The translations under genes were made by a program, and so were the position numbers. This document shows positions 55,888 to 64,000 of a stretch of DNA of 64,000 nt, piece by piece. The stretch comes from an uncultured delta proteobacterium. GTDB lineage: Bacteria > Desulfobacterota > Binatia > Binatales > Binataceae. Location: NCBI GenBank assembly GCA_963717005.1, contig OY970324.1, forward strand, positions 849,937 to 913,936. The letters are read 5' to 3'. The notes under the pieces are model-generated. The model ran no database searches and was not told the origin of the DNA. It saw only the letters and a program-made list of their open reading frames with translations. How positions within the stretch are numbered: the first letter of the stretch is position 1; each line of letters begins with the position of its first letter.

Positions 55888-57708
55888 TCATATGCTCGCC
55901 TGAGTGTTGTAGAGGCGCGCGTATGCGCCTCCGGATGCGACGAGATCGCCATGCGTGCCTTGTTCGGCGATCCCATCCTCGGTCAGCACCACGATTCGTC
56001 CGGCGTTCCGCACAGTCGATAGCCGGTGCGCAATGACCAACATCGTGCGATTGCGCGCGAGGCGGTGCAGAGAGTCCTGTACCAATCGTTCGCTTTCATT
56101 GTCGAGCGCGCTGGTCGCCTCGTCGAAAATCAGGATGGGCGGATTCTTGAGAAAGACGCGGGCGATACTGAGCCTCTGCTTTTGGCCGCCCGATAGCTTC
56201 ACGCCGCGTTCGCCGATCTCCGTGTCGTAGCCGTTCGGCAGCGCCATGATGAAGTCGTGCGCATGGGCCTGTTTCGCGGCTTCGACGATCTCGTCGAAGG
56301 CAGCATCGGGCTTGCCATAGCGGAGATTGTCCGCGAGCGTTCCCGCGAACAGATAAACGTCTTGCTGGACGATGCCGATATTTTGCCGCAAGGACTGCGG
56401 GCGGATATCCCTCACGTTCCTGCCATCGATCAGGATTTCGCCCGCGGTCGCATCATAGAAGCGCGGGATGAGCGAGCAGATCGTGGTCTTGCCGACGCCC
56501 GAGGCGCCGACCAGCGCGACAAACTCGCCGGCTCTAATCTGTAGAGATATGTTTTTCAGCACCAAGGGCGAATCGTCGGCGTAGCGGAAGCTCACGTTGC
56601 GGAACGTGATATCGCCCCGAACGTGGATCAGATCCGCGGCGCCGGCCTGGTCAGGCATGTCCGGCTCCATCCGCAGCATCTCAAAGAACCGGTCAAAGCC
56701 GGTAATCCCTTCCTGGTAGAGCCGGGCGAAATTCACCAGCCGGCGGATCGGATCGACGAGCACGGCGACGCACATCAGGAAGGTAAGCAGGTCGGCAAGG
56801 TCGAGCGTCCCGCGTGCGATGCCCGCGGCGCCGAACACGATCACGGCAATCGTGATGAGCTGGGTGAAAGCGGCCATCCCGCCGGAGAACCAAGCCTCGC
56901 TCCGATAGCCCTCGCTCCGGCTCGCAAGAAAGCGATCGTTCTCGTTGTTGAAGCGCGCGCTCTCGAACGCCTCGTTGGTGAAGGACTTAACCACCCGTAT
57001 CCCGGCGAGCGAATCTTCGACGCGCGCGTTGATGTCGCCGATGCGGTCTTTGCTCAATCTGAGCGCGGCAATCATGCGCCGGCTGAAATGCAGCGCGAAG
57101 AGGAACATCACCGGCAGGAAGCACAGCACGATCAGCGTGAGCGTGCGGTCGATATGGGCGAGGATGACCAGCACTCCTATCAGCTCGAGGACCGCGATTG
57201 CGAGATCTTCCGGTCCGTGATGATAGAGCTCGGCGAGAGAAAAGAGATCGTTGGTGATCCGCGCCATCAGTTGGCCGGTTCTCTGCCGGTCGTAAAAGCT
57301 GAACGAGAGTTTCTGGTAATGCTCGAACAGCTCCCGGCGCATGTCGCGTTCCATCTTCGCGCCCATCACGTGTCCCTGGTAATCGACGAACAACGTGCAG
57401 AGGGCCTGGACGGCGACGAGCGCAAGCATCGCAGCGCCCAGCGCATAGATCTTGTCGAGCGCGCCGGGCGCGCCCCCTTTTGCCAGCAGGTTCTTGGTGA
57501 TGAAATTCGCAGAGACCGGGAGCAGCAATGCCGCGGCGGATATGATGATCGCAGAGAAGAGGTCTGCGAGCAGCAGCCCTCGATACGGCTTGTAATAGGA
57601 GAGGAACTTTCTGGATCGCGAGCCCGCGAGCCGAATCGCGGCCCGTTCGGTCAGCCTTGTTTTATCGGCGCCTACGCGCGCCGGACGTGCGGGATCTTTC
57701 GTTCGCAT
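55888..57708 (-). CDS. ABC exporter, fused permease and ATPase (MsbA-like)
   Basis: Six-TM domain then Walker A GASGVGKTT, signature LSGGQKQRLSIAR, Walker B ILIFDEATSALD. Confidence 0.8.
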   Translation of the reverse strand: MRTKDPARPARVGADKTRLTERAAIRLAGSRSRKFLSYYKPYRGLLLADLFSAIIISAAALLLPVSANFITKNLLAKGGAPGALDKIYALGAAMLALVAVQALCTLFVDYQGHVMGAKMERDMRRELFEHYQKLSFSFYDRQRTGQLMARITNDLFSLAELYHHGPEDLAIAVLELIGVLVILAHIDRTLTLIVLCFLPVMFLFALHFSRRMIAALRLSKDRIGDINARVEDSLAGIRVVKSFTNEAFESARFNNENDRFLASRSEGYRSEAWFSGGMAAFTQLITIAVIVFGAAGIARGTLDLADLLTFLMCVAVLVDPIRRLVNFARLYQEGITGFDRFFEMLRMEPDMPDQAGAADLIHVRGDITFRNVSFRYADDSPLVLKNISLQIRAGEFVALVGASGVGKTTICSLIPRFYDATAGEILIDGRNVRDIRPQSLRQNIGIVQQDVYLFAGTLADNLRYGKPDAAFDEIVEAAKQAHAHDFIMALPNGYDTEIGERGVKLSGGQKQRLSIARVFLKNPPILIFDEATSALDNESERLVQDSLHRLARNRTMLVIAHRLSTVRNAGRIVVLTEDGIAEQGTHGDLVASGGAYARLYNTQASI

Positions 57709-57981
57709 GAAACACCATGTCCTTCTGATGGGTTAAAACCGCTCTCTGAATGGACATGGACGTTGTCATCTTCGCGCTCCCGGCGTTCGGTGAATGAGTG
57801 AGGACAATACCACACTGATGGCCGAACAGTACAAGCCTGCACCTTCCCGGCGGGTCGGAAGCTTTTGGTCGGACGATTGCCGACTTCAACCGAGATTCGA
57901 GTTGGTTTGTCACAGAAATGCGCGGGGATTAGCATCGTGGATCTACCGATCAGTTATCGAAGCTTCACGGAGGGTCGCCTG

Positions 57982-58470
57982 ATGGCTACAGAGACTGCGG
58001 ACAAGATACTGGCTGCCGGCACTGCGGCGCCGGAATTTTCGCTGCATAGCACGCCCGACCAGCTGGTCTCGTTGAGCGACTTTCGCGGCGCTCCATTGAT
58101 CCTCGCGTTCTACCCGGCCGACTGGAGTCCGGTGTGCGGGGATCAGATGGCGCTATATAATGAGGTGCTTCCGGAGTTCCACAAGTTCAAGGCCGCGATC
58201 GTCGGGGTCTCGGTCGATGGAGCGTGGTGCCATGCGGCGTTTGCGCGCGAGCGCAAACTGCATTTCCCGCTGCTGTCGGATTTCGAGCCCAAGGGCGCGG
58301 TCGCCCGCCGTTACGGCGCGTATCGGGAGAAGGAAGGGGTCACCGAGCGGGCGCTGTTCGTGATCGATCCGAAGGGCACGATTAGCTGGAGTTACCTGTC
58401 GCCGGTCGGCGTCAATCCGGGGGCCGACGGAATACTCGACGCGCTCGAAGCGCTGGCGGCGAAGAAGTAG
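57982..58470 (+). CDS. peroxiredoxin (AhpC/TSA family)
   Basis: FYPADWSPVCGDQ peroxidatic Cys motif; start at MATETADK ATG with RBS. Confidence 0.75.
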   Translation: MATETADKILAAGTAAPEFSLHSTPDQLVSLSDFRGAPLILAFYPADWSPVCGDQMALYNEVLPEFHKFKAAIVGVSVDGAWCHAAFARERKLHFPLLSDFEPKGAVARRYGAYREKEGVTERALFVIDPKGTISWSYLSPVGVNPGADGILDALEALAAKK

Positions 58471-58481
58471 GAGATGGCGCA

Positions 58482-59012
58482 ATGAGTCCATCGGCAAACC
58501 TCAAGCCGCCGGTCGGCGCGAACGATCATGTGCAAGGGCCGGCGAAGGCGCCGGTGACGATGGTCGAGTACGGCGACTACCAATGTCCCTACTGCGGCGA
58601 GGCGTATCCGGTGGTAAAGGCGCTGCAGAGACGCCTCGGCGATAAGATGCGTTTTGTTTTTCGGAATTTCCCGCTGGCCGAGTCGCATCCACATGCCGAG
58701 CATGCTGCGGAAGCGGCGGAGGCAGCCGGGGCTCAGGGCAAGTTCTGGGAGATGCACGATCTGCTCTACGAAAATCAGGATGCGCTGGAAGATGAAGATT
58801 TGGTGCGGTATGCGAAAGCGCTTCATCTCGATGTCCCGCGATTCATCAAGGAGATGGAGGCGCACGCGTACGCCGAGCGGGTGCGTGCGGATTTCAGCAG
58901 CGGGGTAAGGAGCGGCGTCAACGGCACGCCGACGTTCTTCATTAACGGTGTGCGTCACGACGGGGCTTTCGACCTGGGTTCGCTGATGGCGGCGATTAAG
59001 GACGTTGTCTAA
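58482..59012 (+). CDS. DsbA-family thiol:disulfide oxidoreductase
   Basis: CPYC active site, thioredoxin fold with inserted helical domain. Confidence 0.7.
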   Translation: MSPSANLKPPVGANDHVQGPAKAPVTMVEYGDYQCPYCGEAYPVVKALQRRLGDKMRFVFRNFPLAESHPHAEHAAEAAEAAGAQGKFWEMHDLLYENQDALEDEDLVRYAKALHLDVPRFIKEMEAHAYAERVRADFSSGVRSGVNGTPTFFINGVRHDGAFDLGSLMAAIKDVV

Positions 59013-59220
59013 CGGAGTAATCGGATGAGCGACATGCTCGCGGCCTTGATCGTAGATTTTCTGGAGTGGATAGCGGCCCGGCCGCGGCCTTATTCACGGA
59101 TGCAGCGAAACCGGAACCGGCTGCGCTTGCGCGCCGCTGTCCGAGATCCCTTCGACTACGCTCAGGGCAGGCTCTTCCTGCCGCTCGCGATGCTCGCTTC
59201 GTCAGGATGACACAAAAAAG

Positions 59221-61521
59221 TCACAGCTCTCGGGACAGGTGCTGCACCCGGTTCGAGGATGAGCCGGGGATTTGGGCGAGCCATCGATTTAGCTGGGTGA
59301 GCAGATATTCGAGACGGCGCATCGAGTGCAATTCGGCCAGCAGCACGCGGCGTTGGTCGAGCGGCCACGAGCCGATTCGCGCGAATTCGCGTTCTTCCAC
59401 CCGCGAGCTGAACTGAGCGAGCGGTATTTGCAGGTCGTCGGTTGAGTGCGAATGCGCAACCGCCTGGGCGGCGGCGGCGTTGAGGCTGTCGGCACCGCCG
59501 AAGAAGTCGAGCCACGACTGCAGATGCCGGCGAATCGCTTCGAGCACGGCGTCGCGCGCCGCTTCGGTGACGGGGTCAAGTTGCGGCACGGGATTGACGA
59601 TGCGCGCGGTCGCGATTGAGGCCAGCCGGTTGGCGATACGGCGGAGCGTTCCGGCCGCCTCGACGATGGCGTTGTGGTTGACCAGGCTGGTGCGACCCTC
59701 GACCTGGGCGTCATCGGCGACTTCGAGGATCTCGGCGAGCAGGCGCATGGTCGCCGAGTTGGCCTGCTGGATTTCATTCTCGGTGTTGGCAGCCGAACCG
59801 CCGGGCACAATGGAAAGCGCGTCGCGAATTACGGTACGGAGCCGCGGCAGGAGTGAGTCGCCGGCGTATTCGGGCCACATCAGGAAGGTTACGGCAGCGA
59901 CGACGATCGTGCCGAGCAAAATTCCCCACGCACGCCAGAGCGGCTCATAGATGTCGAGCGCAGGGCTCAAGCCGGCGAACACCAGGGCGAAAGTCGTACC
60001 AATCTGCTTGCCCGCGTAAGCGACGCGTCCGCTGGTGAGAGAGGCGTAGGCGGACAGGTAGAAGACGATGAAGACGGTGAGCAGGTAGGCCGGAAGAGTT
60101 TCGAAGTTGGGCGTGACGATGATGATGGTCAGGAGAGAAACTGCGCCGCCAATTACGGCGCCGATGATACGCAGATTCATCTTGCGCAGGGCCGCGCCGT
60201 AGGTCGGGAGCGCGGTGATAAGGATGGTTGTGAGGATGGTGGATAGATCGGCGCGCTGTGTCAGGAGGCCGATCACATAACCGAAGACCACGCAGAGGCC
60301 GACCTTCAGGGAAAAGCGGAGCAGCGCCGGGTTCGGAGCGGTCGAGCGCGAAGCCGGACTGTTGGCCGGCGTCGCGGCGGGCGGCGGCGGAGGCTCGTCG
60401 AGCAAGCGCTCGATATGACCGGTCAGCGTCGCGAGCGAATCGCCGAAGGCGGCGAAATTTTCGAGCTCCGCGGAACTTACCTTGCCGATATACGCGGGTC
60501 TGACCTGGAGGACGCGGGCGGTGAGAGCGTCGAGTGCCGAACGCGCGCGAGCCCGAGAGGCGGGCGGCGTTTGATCGACGCCAACTGCGACCTGGGTGGG
60601 CAGTTCGTCGGAGATTTCGGCCAACACCGCGGCAATCGCCGCGACCGTCGCTTCAATTTCCGGCCGCACCATCGCGCGAATTTCGCCCGGCACATCCTGG
60701 CGCACGGTGAGGACCATCCGATCCACTTCGAGACCGATGCGCGCGACGCGGGTGATGGCGGCGAGCAGGATCGCCGCGCGATGCTCGGAGACGCCCTCGG
60801 CGACGGCCCGATTCAGAAGGTCGATGTGCGCGGGAAGATCCGAAGTAGGCGGCGGCATCGGCGGTGGCGTCGCGGCTTGTCGATCGAGATAAAAATTCGA
60901 CGCCGCGAGCAGCCGTGAGCGATCACGCGCGACGCTCGCGCCCATCGATTCGAGCAGGATGTTTTCGCCGAGGTCGGGCCATATCCAGTTGTCGAACAGG
61001 ACGATGGTGCCGAAGGCGATCACGCTGCCGCCGAAAATGCCGCCCGCGGCCCATCCGATTTGGTCGGGCGCAAACACGACGGTGTAGAAGGTATCGAGGC
61101 AGACCACCTGGATGAGGAGGAGCGCGGCGCCGAGCTTGAACGTCGTTCCGACGTAGGTCGATAGCGCGATTATCGCGAACAGAAACGGCAGCATGAGCCA
61201 CGGCGATTCGACCAGTATCCCGGCCATCACGACCGATCCCGCGAGTGCGACCGCTTCCGCTGCCAGAAACGCACTCGCCTTGCGCGCCGACATCATGGGT
61301 CCCGCGCCGACCAGCAGCCACACGATGTAGGTGCCGAGCTGGTTGTTGACGTGGCAGCTCGCGATCAAGCCGGCGCCGAGCGTGGCAATCGTGGTCATGC
61401 GCAGACTGGTGCGGAGTTTGCGTGAGCTGGGCGCAAGCTCGCGGGTGAGCAACGCAACGAGCTGGCCGAACCATCCCGACGGCGTCGCGAGGCGGAGCTC
61501 GGGTGTGGCGAAGCCGGCCAT
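59221..61521 (-). CDS. FUSC-family efflux protein (AaeB-like)
   Basis: 766 aa, two multi-TM blocks separated by cytoplasmic domain. Confidence 0.65.
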   Translation of the reverse strand: MAGFATPELRLATPSGWFGQLVALLTRELAPSSRKLRTSLRMTTIATLGAGLIASCHVNNQLGTYIVWLLVGAGPMMSARKASAFLAAEAVALAGSVVMAGILVESPWLMLPFLFAIIALSTYVGTTFKLGAALLLIQVVCLDTFYTVVFAPDQIGWAAGGIFGGSVIAFGTIVLFDNWIWPDLGENILLESMGASVARDRSRLLAASNFYLDRQAATPPPMPPPTSDLPAHIDLLNRAVAEGVSEHRAAILLAAITRVARIGLEVDRMVLTVRQDVPGEIRAMVRPEIEATVAAIAAVLAEISDELPTQVAVGVDQTPPASRARARSALDALTARVLQVRPAYIGKVSSAELENFAAFGDSLATLTGHIERLLDEPPPPPAATPANSPASRSTAPNPALLRFSLKVGLCVVFGYVIGLLTQRADLSTILTTILITALPTYGAALRKMNLRIIGAVIGGAVSLLTIIIVTPNFETLPAYLLTVFIVFYLSAYASLTSGRVAYAGKQIGTTFALVFAGLSPALDIYEPLWRAWGILLGTIVVAAVTFLMWPEYAGDSLLPRLRTVIRDALSIVPGGSAANTENEIQQANSATMRLLAEILEVADDAQVEGRTSLVNHNAIVEAAGTLRRIANRLASIATARIVNPVPQLDPVTEAARDAVLEAIRRHLQSWLDFFGGADSLNAAAAQAVAHSHSTDDLQIPLAQFSSRVEEREFARIGSWPLDQRRVLLAELHSMRRLEYLLTQLNRWLAQIPGSSSNRVQHLSREL

Positions 61522-61523
61522 GA

Positions 61524-62585
61524 TCAGTGACTAGTTTGGTCGCGGTATCCCTGGATCGTCACGACCGCGGTGTTGCCCATCCTGAATGGGAATTTGGGGT
61601 CGCGATCCTCGAGCACGATGCGCACCGGGAAGCGCTGCGCCAGGCGGACCCAGTTGAGCGTCGCCTCGGTCTGCGGCAGGCCCTCGACGGTCGCGCCGTT
61701 CTGCTGGTAGAGCGCCCATCCGACGCCTTGCACGCGGCCGTGAAAGCGCTGGTTGGGATAGGCGAGGATGAAAACCTCGGCGGACATGCCGGGCTGGATG
61801 TGAGAGAGAAAGGTCTCGCGGAAATTCGCGATGACGTACCATTTGCGATCGTCGATGAGGCTGACGACTTGCCGGCCCTCGTTGGCGTACTGGCCCTCGG
61901 CGATATTGAGATTGGTGACCCAGCCGTTGTAGGGCGCGCGGACGTAGCAGTAACCGACGTTGAGTTTGGCGTCGTACACGGCGGCCTCGGCGGCTTTGCG
62001 CAGCGCGTTGATGTCGCCGTACTGGCCGAGCTGATTCTGGGCCTTGCTGACGTCGGAGTGCGCGGCCGCGACCGAGGCCTCGGCGGCGCTGACGCGCGAG
62101 CGGGCGTTGAAGACGTCGTTGGCGGTGACGAAGTGTTTGGCCAGCAGCGGCTGAATGCGATTGAGATACTGCTTGGCGTAGGCGGCGTCGGCTTCAAGCC
62201 GGACCTGATCGGAACGCGCGGTGCGGATGGCGTCTTCGAGCGCCTTGATATTCAACTCGGTCAATTGCAGCTTGGCCGTGGCCGCATCGAGCGCCGCCTG
62301 ATACGGCCGCGGATCGACGACGAACAGCAAGTCGCCCTGCTTGACGTACTGATTATCGACGATTGGGAGTTCGGTGATGGGACCGCTGACGTGAGGCGCG
62401 ATGCCGACCGAGTTGGCGCGGACGTAAGCGTCGTCGGTGCGCGGATATAAGTAGTAGAGGCGCGCGACGTAGAGGCCGACGATGGCGGTTGCGATTACGA
62501 TCGCGGCGCTCAGCAGGTGGCCGGCGAAGCGCAGGGTTATCGATGCTTCGCCGGTCGCGGTTTCATGCGGCATCGCGGTGTTCAT
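61524..62585 (-). CDS. HlyD-family membrane fusion protein (AaeA-like)
   Basis: Single TM then coiled-coil and beta-barrel regions; start at ATG overlapping stop of upstream small gene. Confidence 0.65.
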   Translation of the reverse strand: MNTAMPHETATGEASITLRFAGHLLSAAIVIATAIVGLYVARLYYLYPRTDDAYVRANSVGIAPHVSGPITELPIVDNQYVKQGDLLFVVDPRPYQAALDAATAKLQLTELNIKALEDAIRTARSDQVRLEADAAYAKQYLNRIQPLLAKHFVTANDVFNARSRVSAAEASVAAAHSDVSKAQNQLGQYGDINALRKAAEAAVYDAKLNVGYCYVRAPYNGWVTNLNIAEGQYANEGRQVVSLIDDRKWYVIANFRETFLSHIQPGMSAEVFILAYPNQRFHGRVQGVGWALYQQNGATVEGLPQTEATLNWVRLAQRFPVRIVLEDRDPKFPFRMGNTAVVTIQGYRDQTSH

Positions 62586-62863
62586 CAGATTCGATTGAAG
62601 AAAATGAGCCAGACTACGCATCCCATGAGAATCGCGAGGCTGGAATACACGATCGGCCGCGGCCACAGGTAGCGTTCGACGCGGGTCACGACGAAGATTG
62701 GGCGAATCAGGGCGGCGAGGATAGCGCCGCAGATTGCGCAGAACAGCCAGCTCGGGAAATTGGCGCCGGCGATATTGATGACGGGGTCGCATCCGGCGAG
62801 CAGGAGTGCTGCGGCGACGACCGGCAGCGCGAATCCAGGTGCGGCAGTGGGCGAGAATCGCAT
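62585..62863 (-). CDS. small membrane protein, AaeX/DUF1656-like
   Basis: 92 aa two-TM protein directly upstream of MFP-FUSC pair as in aaeXAB. Confidence 0.4.
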   Translation of the reverse strand: MRFSPTAAPGFALPVVAAALLLAGCDPVINIAGANFPSWLFCAICGAILAALIRPIFVVTRVERYLWPRPIVYSSLAILMGCVVWLIFFNRI

Positions 62864-62950
62864 GCGGGGAAGATTGTACGCGCCGGATTGTGCAAACGCA
62901 CGCTGCGGGATTCAATGTCCGCAATTGCAATCGATGGTGGGGAAGGTTCT

Positions 62951-64000
62951 ATGAAAATGGAATTTGAAAGGCATGGCGCGCGACGGAAGCTGATGGTTGC
63001 GGCGCTCGGTCTTGCGGTAGGCGCCGGCGGATGCGGTTACTTTGCCGCGCAGCCCGAAGTGTATCCCGACAAATTCGCGGCGGCGGAGTCGGATCGGGCC
63101 TGGATACCGAAATCGAACCAATACGCGATCCCGGCCGAGGCGCGGCCCGTCAGCACGCTGCCCGAGCCGCGCGCGACGACCGTCAGCAACAAGTACGACT
63201 TGCCCGCGTTGATCGATATCGCGCTCAGCAACAATCCCGACACGCGGCAGACGTGGGAGCGAGCGCGCGCAGCGGCGGCCGCCTACGGTGCATCGCGCGC
63301 GCCGTACTACCCGGTCGTGAGCGTGCGAGTGCCGGGTGGTTACGAGCGCGAGCTGTTCGAGTTGCCCAACCAAAACGCCGTGCTCAAGCAGTGGCAGGTG
63401 ACGCCGATGGCCGAGTTCACCTACACGCTGATCGATTTTGGCCGCCGCGACGCGGGCGCCGCCGCGGCGCGCGCTCAGCTTGCGGCCGCGAACTTTTCGT
63501 TCAATCGCAAACTGCAGGACGTGGTGTTCGCGACGCAGCGCGCGTTCTATTCGATCGGAGCGGCGAAGGCGGCGGTGCAGGCGGCGGAGCAAAACGTCGA
63601 GCTGGCGCAGACCGACGACGAGGCCGTCAGCCGCCGCGTCGATCTCGGACTCGCGACCAAGCCCGAGCTGCTGCTGTCGCGCCAGCGCGTCGCGCAATCG
63701 CAGTACGATCTCGCCAGCGCGCATCTGCTGGTGCGCGAGGCGCAGGCGAGCATGGCCGTGGCGCTGGGAGTGGCGGCCAACACCGCGATCGACGTGCCGA
63801 CGCTCGACAGTCTCCCGATTCCCGCGGGCCTCGGCGGCGAAGTGGATCAGTTGATCGAAACGTCGCTGCGCAGCCGTCCCGATCTGGCGGCGCAGGTCGC
63901 GACGCTCGAAGCGCGCCGGGCCGAGGTCGCACGCACCAAGGCGGCTTTCTACCCGAAGGTTGGAATCTCGGGCAACTACGGCGAGCAGTCGTGGAACTAC
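62951..64000 (+). CDS. outer membrane efflux protein (TolC/NodT family), 3' truncated by window end
   Basis: Manual translation MKMEFERHGARRKLMVAALGLAVGAGGCGY lipoprotein signal and LPALIDIALSNNPDTRQTWERARAAAAAYG motif; absent from ORF track because no stop in window. Confidence 0.7.
   Translation, partial: MKMEFERHGARRKLMVAALGLAVGAGGCGYFAAQPEVYPDKFAAAESDRAWIPKSNQYAIPAEARPVSTLPEPRATTVSNKYDLPALIDIALSNNPDTRQTWERARAAAAAYGASRAPYYPVVSVRVPGGYERELFELPNQNAVLKQWQVTPMAEFTYTLIDFGRRDAGAAAARAQLAAANFSFNRKLQDVVFATQRAFYSIGAAKAAVQAAEQNVELAQTDDEAVSRRVDLGLATKPELLLSRQRVAQSQYDLASAHLLVREAQASMAVALGVAANTAIDVPTLDSLPIPAGLGGEVDQLIETSLRSRPDLAAQVATLEARRAEVARTKAAFYPKVGISGNYGEQSWNY

Noticed and set aside
62912-63724. 270-aa minus-strand ORF
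   Set aside because: Antisense to the TolC/NodT-family gene that starts at 62951 and is missing from the track only because it has no stop in the window.

Overview
The window is a high-GC (roughly 65-70% by eye) bacterial chromosomal segment spanning the replication origin neighbourhood. The strongest novel-system candidate is a small lower-GC insertion directly after the atpE terminator (about 15.6-17.9 kb) carrying three genes; by the clear composition drop plus two adjacent novel genes it is the strongest candidate here, but no function can be read from sequence alone. They are a secreted protein built from six 60-bp tandem repeats, and a translationally coupled pair of an XRE-HTH::ImmA/IrrE (HEXXH) metallopeptidase fusion and a DUF4411-like PIN-fold protein. 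Secondary candidates are a higBA toxin-antitoxin pair bracketed by two direct copies of a 460-bp MITE (one disrupted by an IS3 element), a Tad-like locus with two beta-helix-rich TadG-like paralogs and two TadE-like proteins, and a bacterial Cys-loop-type pentameric ligand-gated channel next to an Smr protein.

The window contains dnaN<-dnaA (minus strand, 8.6-11.5 kb) with a putative oriC immediately upstream of dnaA. That region has a perfect palindromic DnaA-box pair, a GATC-rich stretch, palindromes and an A/T tract, and there is a second AT-rich region with DnaA-box-like repeats between dnaA and dnaN. The classical origin-proximal block is split and inverted: parB<-parA<-rsmG<-mnmG<-mnmE on the minus strand and rpmH->rnpA->yidD->yidC->jag on the plus strand. 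Three perfect parS sites (GTTTCACGTGAAAC) plus one degenerate site flank rsmG.

Other identified genes are hemL, an atpZ-atpI-atpB-atpE F0 sub-operon with a terminator, a carboxyltransferase, mutS2, an AsmA-family protein, fumC, a 7Fe ferredoxin, an HMG-CoA-synthase-like::DUF35 fusion with an SCP-x-type thiolase, an acyl-CoA dehydrogenase, a peroxiredoxin, a DsbA-like protein, an ABC exporter, and an aaeXAB-like efflux operon with a 3'-truncated TolC/NodT outer-membrane factor gene.

Intergenic DNA is densely populated by at least five families of small interspersed repeats and MITEs. Repeat copies sit at the breakpoints of the rearranged ori block, and mnmE is flanked by direct composite repeats.

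Many long ORFs in the six-frame track are antisense or alternate-frame artefacts of GC-rich DNA and were rejected. All functional calls rest on recalled family motifs read by eye; no database search was possible.
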